Positions 1-6,716 of a stretch of 14,803 bases of DNA are shown here, in pieces; position 1 is the stretch's first letter; each line of letters starts with the position of its first letter. The stretch is taken from the NCBI GenBank assembly GCA_002779075.1, contig PEXK01000041.1:1-14803 (forward strand). Reading direction: 5' to 3'. Source of the DNA: Candidatus Diapherotrites archaeon CG08_land_8_20_14_0_20_30_16 (GTDB lineage: Archaea; Iainarchaeota; Iainarchaeia; Iainarchaeales; 0-14-0-20-30-16). Position numbers and translations under genes: made by a program. The notes below the pieces were generated by a model, which saw only the letters and a program-made list of their open reading frames with translations, was not told the DNA's origin and ran no database searches.

Positions 1-120
1 TTCTTTAGATAATAAAAGGTATGTGAATCCATTTGCAACTAAAGATGCAACATAAACCCCTACTAAAGTAACTACTGTTGCCTCTATTTTCTTTCCTGTA
101 GGTTTTAAAAATTCACACAT
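1..120 (-). CDS. 5' part of a hypothetical membrane protein (runs off the left window edge)
   Basis: Not in the supplied ORF track because the window edge truncates it. The reverse strand reads ATG (120-118) MCEFLKPTGKKIEATVVTLVGVYVASLVANGFTYLLLSKE with no stop down to position 1. The hydrophobic stretch looks like a TM helix. A strong Shine-Dalgarno AAGGTGGA (complement of 126-133) lies 5 nt upstream of the ATG. Confidence 0.4.
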   Translation of the reverse strand, partial: MCEFLKPTGKKIEATVVTLVGVYVASLVANGFTYLLLSKE

Positions 121-204
121 ATAAATCCACCTTAATTATATTTATTAAACAATAGATAAACACATAAAAAATAAAAACTATTTGGTTTTCTTTTGTATTT
201 GCCT

Positions 205-852
205 TTATTTTATATACTTTTCAATATCCTTGAATGCTTCTGGGCCTTTGATTGTATTGCCATTCACAACTAAACTGGGAAGATAATCTGCTTTGAAATA
301 CAGCATCAATATTTCAACCATTTTTGAATCAATTTGTCCAGGAATACTAAACACCCACAATTTATCACCAAGCTTTTTCCTGTAATCATTTATGCTTTCA
401 ACTAAAGGTGAACATTCAGTACAATTGTAAGGATAAAAATAAAGCAAATAATTTCTATTATCATCGCATGTCTTGTTAAACTTGATTAATCTCAACCAAA
501 GTTCTAAATTCATATAAACATGTTGCTTTTGCAATTCTTTGGCATCATCAGAATCTTTATTCTGTTCAAAATACAAATTAACTTTTTCACCCAAATCATA
601 TACTTTACTTGCCAAGCCATAAAGCTGATTTTCCATCAATTCACAAGAATTTGAATTAGCAGTCAAAGTATCGTAAAATTGATTAAAGATTTTTACTTCT
701 TGTGCTTCATTTATTACATCAATGTATCCTTTATCCAAATCAGTTTTCTGCCAATTGACCATTAAAACAGCAATAATAACTGAAAAAAACAAAATACCAA
801 AAGTAAAAGTCAATGCTTTGTACAAAACCTTTTTTCGTCCATCATTCAACAT
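205..852 (-). CDS. Membrane-anchored thioredoxin-fold protein (CxxC = CTEC), probably extracytoplasmic thiol-disulfide oxidoreductase-like
   Basis: N-terminal TM anchor (LTFTFGILFFSVIIAVLMV). The C-terminal ~85 aa follow a minimal thioredoxin layout: beta strand YLLYFY, then C-T-E-C, a helix, LWVFSI, a cis-Pro-type LPSLVVNG and a terminal helix. The start lies 6 nt after the GT2 stop, with GGAG inside the GT2 3' end acting as SD, so the two are probably co-translated. Confidence 0.6.
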   Translation of the reverse strand: MLNDGRKKVLYKALTFTFGILFFSVIIAVLMVNWQKTDLDKGYIDVINEAQEVKIFNQFYDTLTANSNSCELMENQLYGLASKVYDLGEKVNLYFEQNKDSDDAKELQKQHVYMNLELWLRLIKFNKTCDDNRNYLLYFYPYNCTECSPLVESINDYRKKLGDKLWVFSIPGQIDSKMVEILMLYFKADYLPSLVVNGNTIKGPEAFKDIEKYIK

Positions 853-858
853 AAAAAT

Positions 859-2115
859 CTATCTCCATTTAGAGGTGCCTTTAAACACTTGAATAATAAA
901 CGCACAAACCCAAAAGAAAACTTGGCAAGGCAGATAAAAGAATGGACTAACTAATAACAAAACCAATCTTTTTATTCCTAATTTTTCTTTGCTCTCTCTA
1001 AACCCCAAATAATTCACACCAAGCCAAACAAATACTATAACTATAAACAAAGTTATTAATACAGGAACAACAAACAACCCTTTGCTAAACAAACCCTCCA
1101 AATAAATAGAAAGGTTAGGAAACTGGCCATAATAAATATAATAAAACAATCTTTCAAAAAATAGGTATATTGAATTGTAGAATCTTGTAACACAATAATA
1201 AACCAAAACAGTAATCATAAACATTGTTAATGTTACTAATGGCATTGTTACAACACCAAAAAAACCATATTTAGGATTAACAATCATATCTCTGTGCAAA
1301 ACAAAATTCACCATTGAACCTCTGTTCCACCTTATTCTTTGCCAAAACAATCTTTTCCAGGTAGGCATTACAGAAGTATATACTTTTGCCTGCTTGCTTG
1401 CTCTGATTATGTAGCCCGCTTTCCTAATTCTAAATGTTATTTCCATATCTTCTGTTGGTGTAATATTAGGATGCCAGAACCCACCTATTTTTTTCAAAAC
1501 ATCAGCCCTATAAATACTTAGCGGACCTTTTGTAACATAAATTGAATCTAAGGCATCATATGCACTTAGCAAAAAATTCGAATATATGTATTCAATATCT
1601 TGAAAGTGTTCAACAATTTTCTTTGGATTCTTCACAGTCATTTTTGTTGTTACTGCACCTACTGTTTTATCATCAAAATATCCAATCATATGATTCAAAG
1701 AATCTGGACTAGGGTATGAATCAGCATCAACACACGCAATTAAATCATATTTTGCATATTTGATTCCTTTGTTAAAAGCATAACTTTTTCCTTGATTCTT
1801 TGTTTCTTTAATTACTCTTACAAATTTATTTTTGAAGATATATGCTTTGACTATGTTATAACTGCTATCTTTTGAGTTATTATCAACAACAACAACTTCT
1901 AATTTGCCTTTATAATTTTTCTTCATACTTTTCAAAGCATCCAAAGTATTTACAATTGTTTTTTCTTCATTCCAAACAGGTATTAACACTGAAATCCCAT
2001 AAAATCTCTCTGGCTTGGGATCATTGATATCACGAGAAAAATAACCCAACAAATAGAGTATTCCAATAAACAGCATGACTGCGCTACTTATCAAAAAGAG
2101 AAAATCAATGTACAT
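859..2115 (-). CDS. Processive family-2 glycosyltransferase (membrane-embedded polysaccharide synthase; PgaC/IcaA/NodC/BcsA-like architecture)
   Basis: One N-terminal TM and a C-terminal TM bundle flank a GT-A domain carrying the full processive signature: VLIPVWNEE, VVVDNNSKD, CVDADS (DxD), TED (ITPTEDME) and QRIRW (QxxRW). Confidence 0.85.
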   Translation of the reverse strand: MYIDFLFLISSAVMLFIGILYLLGYFSRDINDPKPERFYGISVLIPVWNEEKTIVNTLDALKSMKKNYKGKLEVVVVDNNSKDSSYNIVKAYIFKNKFVRVIKETKNQGKSYAFNKGIKYAKYDLIACVDADSYPSPDSLNHMIGYFDDKTVGAVTTKMTVKNPKKIVEHFQDIEYIYSNFLLSAYDALDSIYVTKGPLSIYRADVLKKIGGFWHPNITPTEDMEITFRIRKAGYIIRASKQAKVYTSVMPTWKRLFWQRIRWNRGSMVNFVLHRDMIVNPKYGFFGVVTMPLVTLTMFMITVLVYYCVTRFYNSIYLFFERLFYYIYYGQFPNLSIYLEGLFSKGLFVVPVLITLFIVIVFVWLGVNYLGFRESKEKLGIKRLVLLLVSPFFYLPCQVFFWVCAFIIQVFKGTSKWR

Positions 2116-2142
2116 ATTTAATAATTATAAAAGAGCTGTTTT

Positions 2143-2313
2143 TAAACCTAACTGCTCTGTTGAAATCTATTGAATAAGTGACAAATCAAACCACTATTGT
2201 TTTGAAACGCAAAGATTTTGTTTGTCACATACTTACTTATTTTTGTCTTTAAAATATTTACTCGTCAAATTATTAGATTGAAAATTAAGGTTTCAACAAA
2301 GCTAAACCTAACT
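2143..2313. mobile_element. MITE-like non-autonomous element: 149-bp body (2154-2302) with 15-bp imperfect terminal inverted repeats, flanked by a perfect 11-bp direct repeat
   Basis: The direct repeat TAAACCTAACT occurs at 2143-2153 and 2303-2313. Directly inside it, GCTCTGTTGAAATCT (2154-2168) matches the reverse complement of 2288-2302 (GCTTTGTTGAAACCT) at 13 of 15 positions. There is no coding capacity. An internal imperfect hairpin pairs GTGACAAA (2178-2185) with TTTGTCAC (2221-2228). Confidence 0.45.
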
Positions 2314-2344
2314 CTTTCCCTCAGTCTTGTAATAGTTATTTCCT

Positions 2345-4012
2345 TTAATTATTTCCTTCAAAGTATTTTTTATATCCTAAAAAGAATGAAAAATTATAAG
2401 ATATATTATTTAAGATATTTGTGCTACTGCTTGAAACTAAATAAGGTGTTCCCAAATAATTTACAACAGCATAATCCTTATCGCACACATATGCAAAAAG
2501 ATTGCTTTGAGTAGTACCCGTAATGTAGACACAATCAGGATTCTCAAATTTATGGTTCTTCAAAATGTAGCTAAACAATATATCTTTGAACTCCATATGT
2601 GACAAAAGGTTGTTATTTAAAAAATAATTCAGGTCATTTGCAATAAATATTAATGGTATTTTATAACCCTCTATTGTCAAACTTGAAGAGGGGTCTTTTA
2701 AACCATGATCACTTGTAATAACTATCAAGGTATCATCTAGAAGATTGTTTTCTTCTAAATAAGTGTAAAAATCATAAAAAAAATCATTGTAATATTCTAA
2801 TCTTGTTTGCTTTTTTTCTTCGATATATTTGTGAGTGTGACCATAGATAAACTCGTCCAATACAAAAATATTCTCTGAATGTGCTAACTTCTCAAGATTC
2901 TTTAATAAAACTCTATCTTCACATGCTTTTTCATATTGCAAAACGTGCATACAGAGATAGTCATTACTTGCAGAATCATAATCGTTTTCAGACAAAGTAT
3001 CAAATTTCTTCCAAGGATATTTTTGCATTTCAAAAGGAGCATCAACAATTGAAGATAGAAAAACAGTTGAAAAATTATTCTGATTAAAAAATTCTACTAA
3101 ATTTTTGCTTTCTATTATCTGTCTTGCATAGAGGTCATACCAATCACTATAACTATAAGATTCATATGAAACAAAGATAGAAGATAACAAAACCAATAAC
3201 GCACCTCTGCTATCCTGATGATTTGTATAATAATTTTCATAATAGTTTGATTGCTGTTTTACTTTTTCAAAAAAGTTTTTTTCTTTGGAAATATTCTGCA
3301 AATCTTTTTCAAACATACCAGAACTAATTTCTTCCATAACAAAAAAGAAAATCCTCTTATACTTTAACTCTCCTAAGTTATAATTTTGTATCGTTTTTTC
3401 TAGATTTACAACATTAGGATCATAATTTACATCTCTTATAGGAATGTCTTGTTTTCCAAATATAAACAAATCATTAATTGTATTTGTGTAAACACTTTCA
3501 AATTTCCCACTAAACAAATTTGGAATAAGAACAAGTAAAATAACACACACAGCAAAAGCAATCCATTTTGCTTTTGCATTAATATTTAATTTTAAGTTTG
3601 GCAAGAAATAGGCAATTAAAAATATTCCTGCAAGTACACCTACAATAATTATCATATATTTTATTGGGAATAAATCTTTGATTACAAAAGACGCTGTTCC
3701 TGCATTTATTGATAAAATAGAATATTTTCTATACAAAAAATCAGGCATAAAATAGGTACTCAGCAAAGTGGCAAATGTATGAAAAGCAAATAAAACATAA
3801 AATATAATTTTTGCAGTAACATTTAATTTCTTTGCAAGAACCAAATAAAGTAAAAGTATCAAAACATATATCGCGGATTCAAAAAAGAATGTTGAAAAAA
3901 TCAAAGCAAGATTTAATGTAATAAGAAACTTGAAAATCAATAAACAGCATAAAGTAATTAATACTAATTTTAACTCAAACAATCCTGCAAAGAGTTTTTC
4001 TACCTTAGGCAT
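2345..4012 (-). CDS. Polytopic membrane protein with a C-terminal alkaline-phosphatase-superfamily (sulfatase/LtaS/OpgB/phosphoethanolamine-transferase-like) domain
   Basis: The N-terminal ~180 aa hold about 5 hydrophobic helices. The soluble domain carries family-typical motifs: FFFVMEEISSG (metal-binding acidic residue after a beta strand), TNHQDSRGAL (HQ plus candidate Ser/Thr nucleophile region, compare LtaS FHQ..GKTSD) and VITSDHG (the SDHG/GDHG metal site). Confidence 0.75.
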   Translation of the reverse strand: MPKVEKLFAGLFELKLVLITLCCLLIFKFLITLNLALIFSTFFFESAIYVLILLLYLVLAKKLNVTAKIIFYVLFAFHTFATLLSTYFMPDFLYRKYSILSINAGTASFVIKDLFPIKYMIIIVGVLAGIFLIAYFLPNLKLNINAKAKWIAFAVCVILLVLIPNLFSGKFESVYTNTINDLFIFGKQDIPIRDVNYDPNVVNLEKTIQNYNLGELKYKRIFFFVMEEISSGMFEKDLQNISKEKNFFEKVKQQSNYYENYYTNHQDSRGALLVLLSSIFVSYESYSYSDWYDLYARQIIESKNLVEFFNQNNFSTVFLSSIVDAPFEMQKYPWKKFDTLSENDYDSASNDYLCMHVLQYEKACEDRVLLKNLEKLAHSENIFVLDEFIYGHTHKYIEEKKQTRLEYYNDFFYDFYTYLEENNLLDDTLIVITSDHGLKDPSSSLTIEGYKIPLIFIANDLNYFLNNNLLSHMEFKDILFSYILKNHKFENPDCVYITGTTQSNLFAYVCDKDYAVVNYLGTPYLVSSSSTNILNNISYNFSFFLGYKKYFEGNN

Positions 4013-4034
4013 AAAATTAATAAACTCAGTTACC

Positions 4035-4060
4035 TTTATAAATTAATCTTTTTTATATAT
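4035..4060. promoter_or_regulatory. Divergent promoter region with two archaeal TATA-box candidates
   Basis: The palindromic TTTATAAA at 4035-4042 is centred about 26-27 nt from the ATG at 4012 of the minus-strand gene, which has no SD, consistent with a leaderless mRNA. TTTATATA at 4052-4059 lies about 50 nt upstream of the L21e ATG, which has the SD AGGTGA at 4095-4100. Confidence 0.4.
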
Positions 4061-4105
4061 TAGTACTCGTATTTTAGAATTTTTAATTAATAATAGGTGA
4101 AATAA

Positions 4106-4381
4106 ATGACTAATAAAAAACCAGTGGGAAAAAGAGCTAACACAAGATATTTATTCAGAGGAACAAAGTTAAGTGTTGAAACCCTTTTGAAAAATTATGA
4201 TGTTGGTGATAAGGTAGTTATAAAACCAAATGGAAGATATCACAATGCTTTACCTTTCAGAAGATTTGCAGGAAAGGTAGGAAAAATTGTTGAAAAAAGA
4301 GGAAGAAGTTATGTGGTACATCTTGCTAAAGAGAAAAAAGATGTAATAGTTGGACCAGCACACATAAAATCAATACACTAA
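4106..4381 (+). CDS. rpl21e: Ribosomal protein L21e (eL21)
   Basis: A 91-aa basic protein with an L21e-like pattern: GKRANTRYLF, YDVGDKVVIKPNG, and LPFRRFAGKVGKIV (compare MPHKFYHGRTG). SD AGGTGA lies 5 nt upstream. It sits in the conserved archaeal position upstream of rpoF. Confidence 0.9.
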   Translation: MTNKKPVGKRANTRYLFRGTKLSVETLLKNYDVGDKVVIKPNGRYHNALPFRRFAGKVGKIVEKRGRSYVVHLAKEKKDVIVGPAHIKSIH

Positions 4382-4544
4382 ACAGTATAATTTATATGCC
4401 AACATTATATCCTAATTTTGTGTTGGTGAAATTATACTAAACAGGATTAATTTATATTGAGGAGATTTTTGTGGCTCTGTTTTAAATTTATATTATACAG
4501 AAAGAAATTTATCAACTGGTCCAAAAAAATAAGAGGAGATTTTT

Positions 4545-4880
4545 ATGGTAGCAAAAAAGATATTAAGTGTTAAACCTATAACCAATGCAGAAGCTGACAA
4601 ATATTTAAAAGATATTGAAGAAGAATTTACAAAGAAAGAAAAAGAAGTGCCTTATGAAATACAACAGACTAAAGACTATTTAGGAAAGATTCCAAAAGGT
4701 CAAAAAAAAGATGAAAAAGAATTAGCACAGAAACTAAAAGCTTTAAACTTAAATGAGAATGTGATTATAGAATTAATCAATATAATGCCAAAAAATGAAG
4801 AAATCATAAAAACAATTCTGTATAAAAGAACAGAATTCAACGATGATACTGTAAAACAAATAAAAGAAATCTTGCAATAA
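4545..4880 (+). CDS. rpoF: DNA-directed RNA polymerase subunit Rpo4 (RpoF)
   Basis: 111 aa with a size and helical K/E-rich pattern typical of archaeal subunit F (ITNAEADKYLK, YEIQQTKDYL, LINIMPKNEEIIKTIL). It follows L21e and precedes DUF655, as in the conserved archaeal neighbourhood. SD GAGGAG is at 4533-4538. Confidence 0.8.
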   Translation: MVAKKILSVKPITNAEADKYLKDIEEEFTKKEKEVPYEIQQTKDYLGKIPKGQKKDEKELAQKLKALNLNENVIIELINIMPKNEEIIKTILYKRTEFNDDTVKQIKEILQ

Positions 4881-4894
4881 ACAATCATTAGATT

Positions 4895-4972
4895 GTAGAG
4901 GTTTTGCGCCCACTGACAACAGGTTTTCTTTGCGAAACCTCTACTTTCTTTTCTAAAAAGAAAGCGGTGGGT
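4895..4972 (+). promoter_or_regulatory. Structured intergenic RNA element: 13-bp hairpin plus T-rich tract, second hairpin, and loop-to-SD complementarity
   Basis: Hairpin 1 pairs 4895-4907 (GTAGAGGTTTTGC) with 4932-4944 (GCGAAACCTCTAC), 13 bp including one G-U, around a 24-nt loop. It is followed by TTTCTTTTCT. Hairpin 2 pairs 4945-4952 with 4956-4963 (TTTCTTTT/AAAAGAAA). The loop segment GCCCACTG (4908-4915) is complementary to CGGTGGGT (4965-4972), which contains the SD of the next gene. Confidence 0.45.
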
Positions 4973-5500
4973 ATGGAGAAAGAAGAGTTTGGCTACGTTA
5001 TTCACAAAATAAGTTTTAGTAGCAACATATATGTATTAGGGAATAAAAAATTTACCCCTTTGGAACTCTCTATTAAAAAAGACCAAAATGTTGAGCTTTG
5101 TGAAAAGGTTTATTTTGGTGATGACAAAAGAGACAAAATAGAAAATGTTGTTAAATGGATAAGTGAAAAAGAATTCTTACAAGTAAGTAAATCTATTGCA
5201 CTGGAAGCAATAGAAAAGATAATTATTGACAGAAAAGAATATTACATTAATTTCATTAATGAAAATGTTTTGAAAGATGAGTTCAAAAATATGCTAATAA
5301 GAACACTATGTGTTGGACCCAAAACATTTATAAAGATATTCGATGCAAGGAAAGAGAAACCATTTGAAAGCATTAAGGATTTAGAAAAACGAGCAAATAC
5401 CAAAGTAGTTGTGAAAAACATTGCAAGCAAAGTTTATGATGAAATTTGTGGAAAAGACAAATTTAAAATATTTGCAAACAAAGCAAAGCATTTAGAGTGA
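4973..5500 (+). CDS. DUF655/COG1491 family predicted RNA-binding protein (OB-like N-terminus plus helix-hairpin-helix C-terminus)
   Basis: The N-terminus EEFGYVIHK matches the family start (EEYAYVLDY-like). Also present are FINFINE (compare FV.FFN) and LCVGPKTFIKIFDARKEKPFESIKDLEKR (compare LLPGIGKK...R...F.SFEDI..R). I place the start at ATG 4973 rather than the TTG at 4904 in the track, because 4895-4972 is the structured spacer and the family N-terminus aligns at 4973. Confidence 0.8.
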   Translation: MEKEEFGYVIHKISFSSNIYVLGNKKFTPLELSIKKDQNVELCEKVYFGDDKRDKIENVVKWISEKEFLQVSKSIALEAIEKIIIDRKEYYINFINENVLKDEFKNMLIRTLCVGPKTFIKIFDARKEKPFESIKDLEKRANTKVVVKNIASKVYDEICGKDKFKIFANKAKHLE

Positions 5501-5590
5501 ATGTGATTTTTATGATCAGTTGTCAAATTTTCTCCAAAATGATGAAAATTTTGCAACAGCGTCATAAAAAATAATGTGATTTTTATGATC
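5500..5590 (+). repeat. 18-bp perfect direct repeat AATGTGATTTTTATGATC (5500-5517 and 5573-5590), each copy carrying an SD-like GTGAT plus ATG
   Basis: Read directly from the sequence. Copy 1 opens a 20-codon uORF (ATG 5512 to TAA 5572-5574, MISCQIFSKMMKILQQRHKK). Copy 2 opens the 121-aa ORF at ATG 5585. Copy 1 overlaps the DUF655 stop (TGA 5498-5500). Confidence 0.8.
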
Positions 5591-5950
5591 CCCCCCAAAT
5601 ATAGTATTAACACTAATTCTTCAAAACCAAACATCAATACTAATTTAATCTGTTGTAAAGAGCAAATTGCTTTTGGCTTATTGCGATTGCAAAACCTAGA
5701 ATATCATATTCGAGATTCTGAAAAAAGATTAATTGATTTCATTTATGGCAAGCACACACACAAGAAGATTAAAGACCTAAATGCAGAGCTTATTCTAAAC
5801 ACAAATAAAACAGATTCATTCGACTTTGAAAAGAATTTCAAAGAACACAAAGAGGAAATATGCAAATTCTACAATGTTGATTCTAAACTCAATTATGAAC
5901 AAATAAAAAAGATAATATTAGAATTAATTAATTTAAGTTTCTTAAAGTGA
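5585..5950 (+). CDS. Hypothetical protein (orphan ORF-X), occupying the slot normally held by ksgA/dim1
   Basis: Open frame of 121 aa from ATG 5585 (the track starts at GTG 5576). It is tightly coupled downstream: its stop and the GTGA at 5947-5950 lie 4 nt before the Rio1 ATG. I recognise no family. A C7 homopolymer (5590-5596) sits in codons 2-4. Confidence 0.5.
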   Translation: MIPPKYSINTNSSKPNINTNLICCKEQIAFGLLRLQNLEYHIRDSEKRLIDFIYGKHTHKKIKDLNAELILNTNKTDSFDFEKNFKEHKEEICKFYNVDSKLNYEQIKKIILELINLSFLK

Positions 5951-5954
5951 AATT

Positions 5955-6707
5955 ATGGAAGAAGAATACATATTTGCAACAACTAAACAAGAGAAAGATA
6001 AAGTACGCAGAAAAATATTCAAAGATGTTTTTGATGACCGTACTGAGAAATCATTATTTGCAATAGAAAAACGCAAAAATATAGATTACTTAATTGGACC
6101 AATATCAAAAGGTAAGGAAGCAAATCTTTTTATCGCAAAAAAAGGAAAAGAGTTTGTTTGTGTTAAAATATATAGAATTGAAACAACAAACTTTCACAAT
6201 AGAAGAGATTATATTGATGATGAAATATTAAGCAAAATTGCTAAAAACTCAATAAAAAGAATTTATGCCTGGGCAGAAAGAGAATACTTTAATTTAAAAT
6301 TTTGCTATGATAATAAAATATCTGTCCCTAAGCCTATTGACCAGCAAAACAACATTGTTGTAATGAGATTAATAGGAGAAAAAGGAGAGGCTTGGCCAGT
6401 TCTGAAATATGATTCTAATGCAAAAAAGCACATAAAAGAAATATACAGACAATATATTAAAAACATGAACAAGTTAATTTACAAAGCAAAAATGATTCAC
6501 GCAGATTTATCTGAATATAACATGATCTTCTTTAAGGGGCGGTTGTATTTCATTGATATGGGTCAAAGTGTAGGAATAAAATATTCAAAAGCAAAAGAAT
6601 TTGTTAATAGAGATATAAAAATAATTACAAAATTCTTTAATACAAAGAGATTAAAAGTAACTGAACAACAAATAAAAGATGATATTAAAAGAGACAAAAT
6701 TAATTAG
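5955..6707 (+). CDS. rio1: Rio1-type atypical serine protein kinase
   Basis: RIO signature motifs are present: GPISKGKEANLF (STGKEA-type P-loop), CVKIYR, WAEREYFNL, VVMRLIG, IHADLSEYNMIF (catalytic loop) and FIDMGQSV (metal-binding loop). No N-terminal winged helix is seen, which fits Rio1 rather than Rio2. Confidence 0.9.
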   Translation: MEEEYIFATTKQEKDKVRRKIFKDVFDDRTEKSLFAIEKRKNIDYLIGPISKGKEANLFIAKKGKEFVCVKIYRIETTNFHNRRDYIDDEILSKIAKNSIKRIYAWAEREYFNLKFCYDNKISVPKPIDQQNNIVVMRLIGEKGEAWPVLKYDSNAKKHIKEIYRQYIKNMNKLIYKAKMIHADLSEYNMIFFKGRLYFIDMGQSVGIKYSKAKEFVNRDIKIITKFFNTKRLKVTEQQIKDDIKRDKIN

Positions 6708-6716
6708 TGATACTTT

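Noticed and set aside
1339-1521. Short plus-strand ORFs inside or antisense to long minus-strand genes (1339-1521, 2218-2514, 2881-3087)
   Set aside because: They lie entirely antisense to, or overlapping, well-supported GT2 and AP-superfamily CDSs or the non-coding MITE-like spacer. Their low-complexity, Cys/Phe/Ile-rich translations are typical of AT-rich antisense frames, and none has an SD.
4904-4972. TTG-initiated N-terminal extension of the DUF655 ORF (MRPLTTGFLCETSTFFSKKKAVG)
   Set aside because: The extension coincides with the two-hairpin structured spacer. The conserved DUF655 N-terminus (EEFGYV) begins right after ATG 4973, which has a GGTG SD just upstream. It is better explained as non-coding RNA structure.
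5539-5596. Possible C/D-box sRNA, because ATGATGA (a C-box-like heptamer) occurs at 5539-5545
   Set aside because: No properly spaced D' or D (CTGA) boxes, C' box or terminal stem could be found on either strand. The heptamer is just the Met-Met-Lys codons of the small uORF.
4700-5637. Minus-strand ORFs 4700-5005, 5242-5430 and 5434-5637
   Set aside because: They are antisense shadows of rpoF, the DUF655 gene and the structured or duplicated spacers. Their translations are hydrophobic and low-complexity with no recognisable motifs or ribosome-binding sites.
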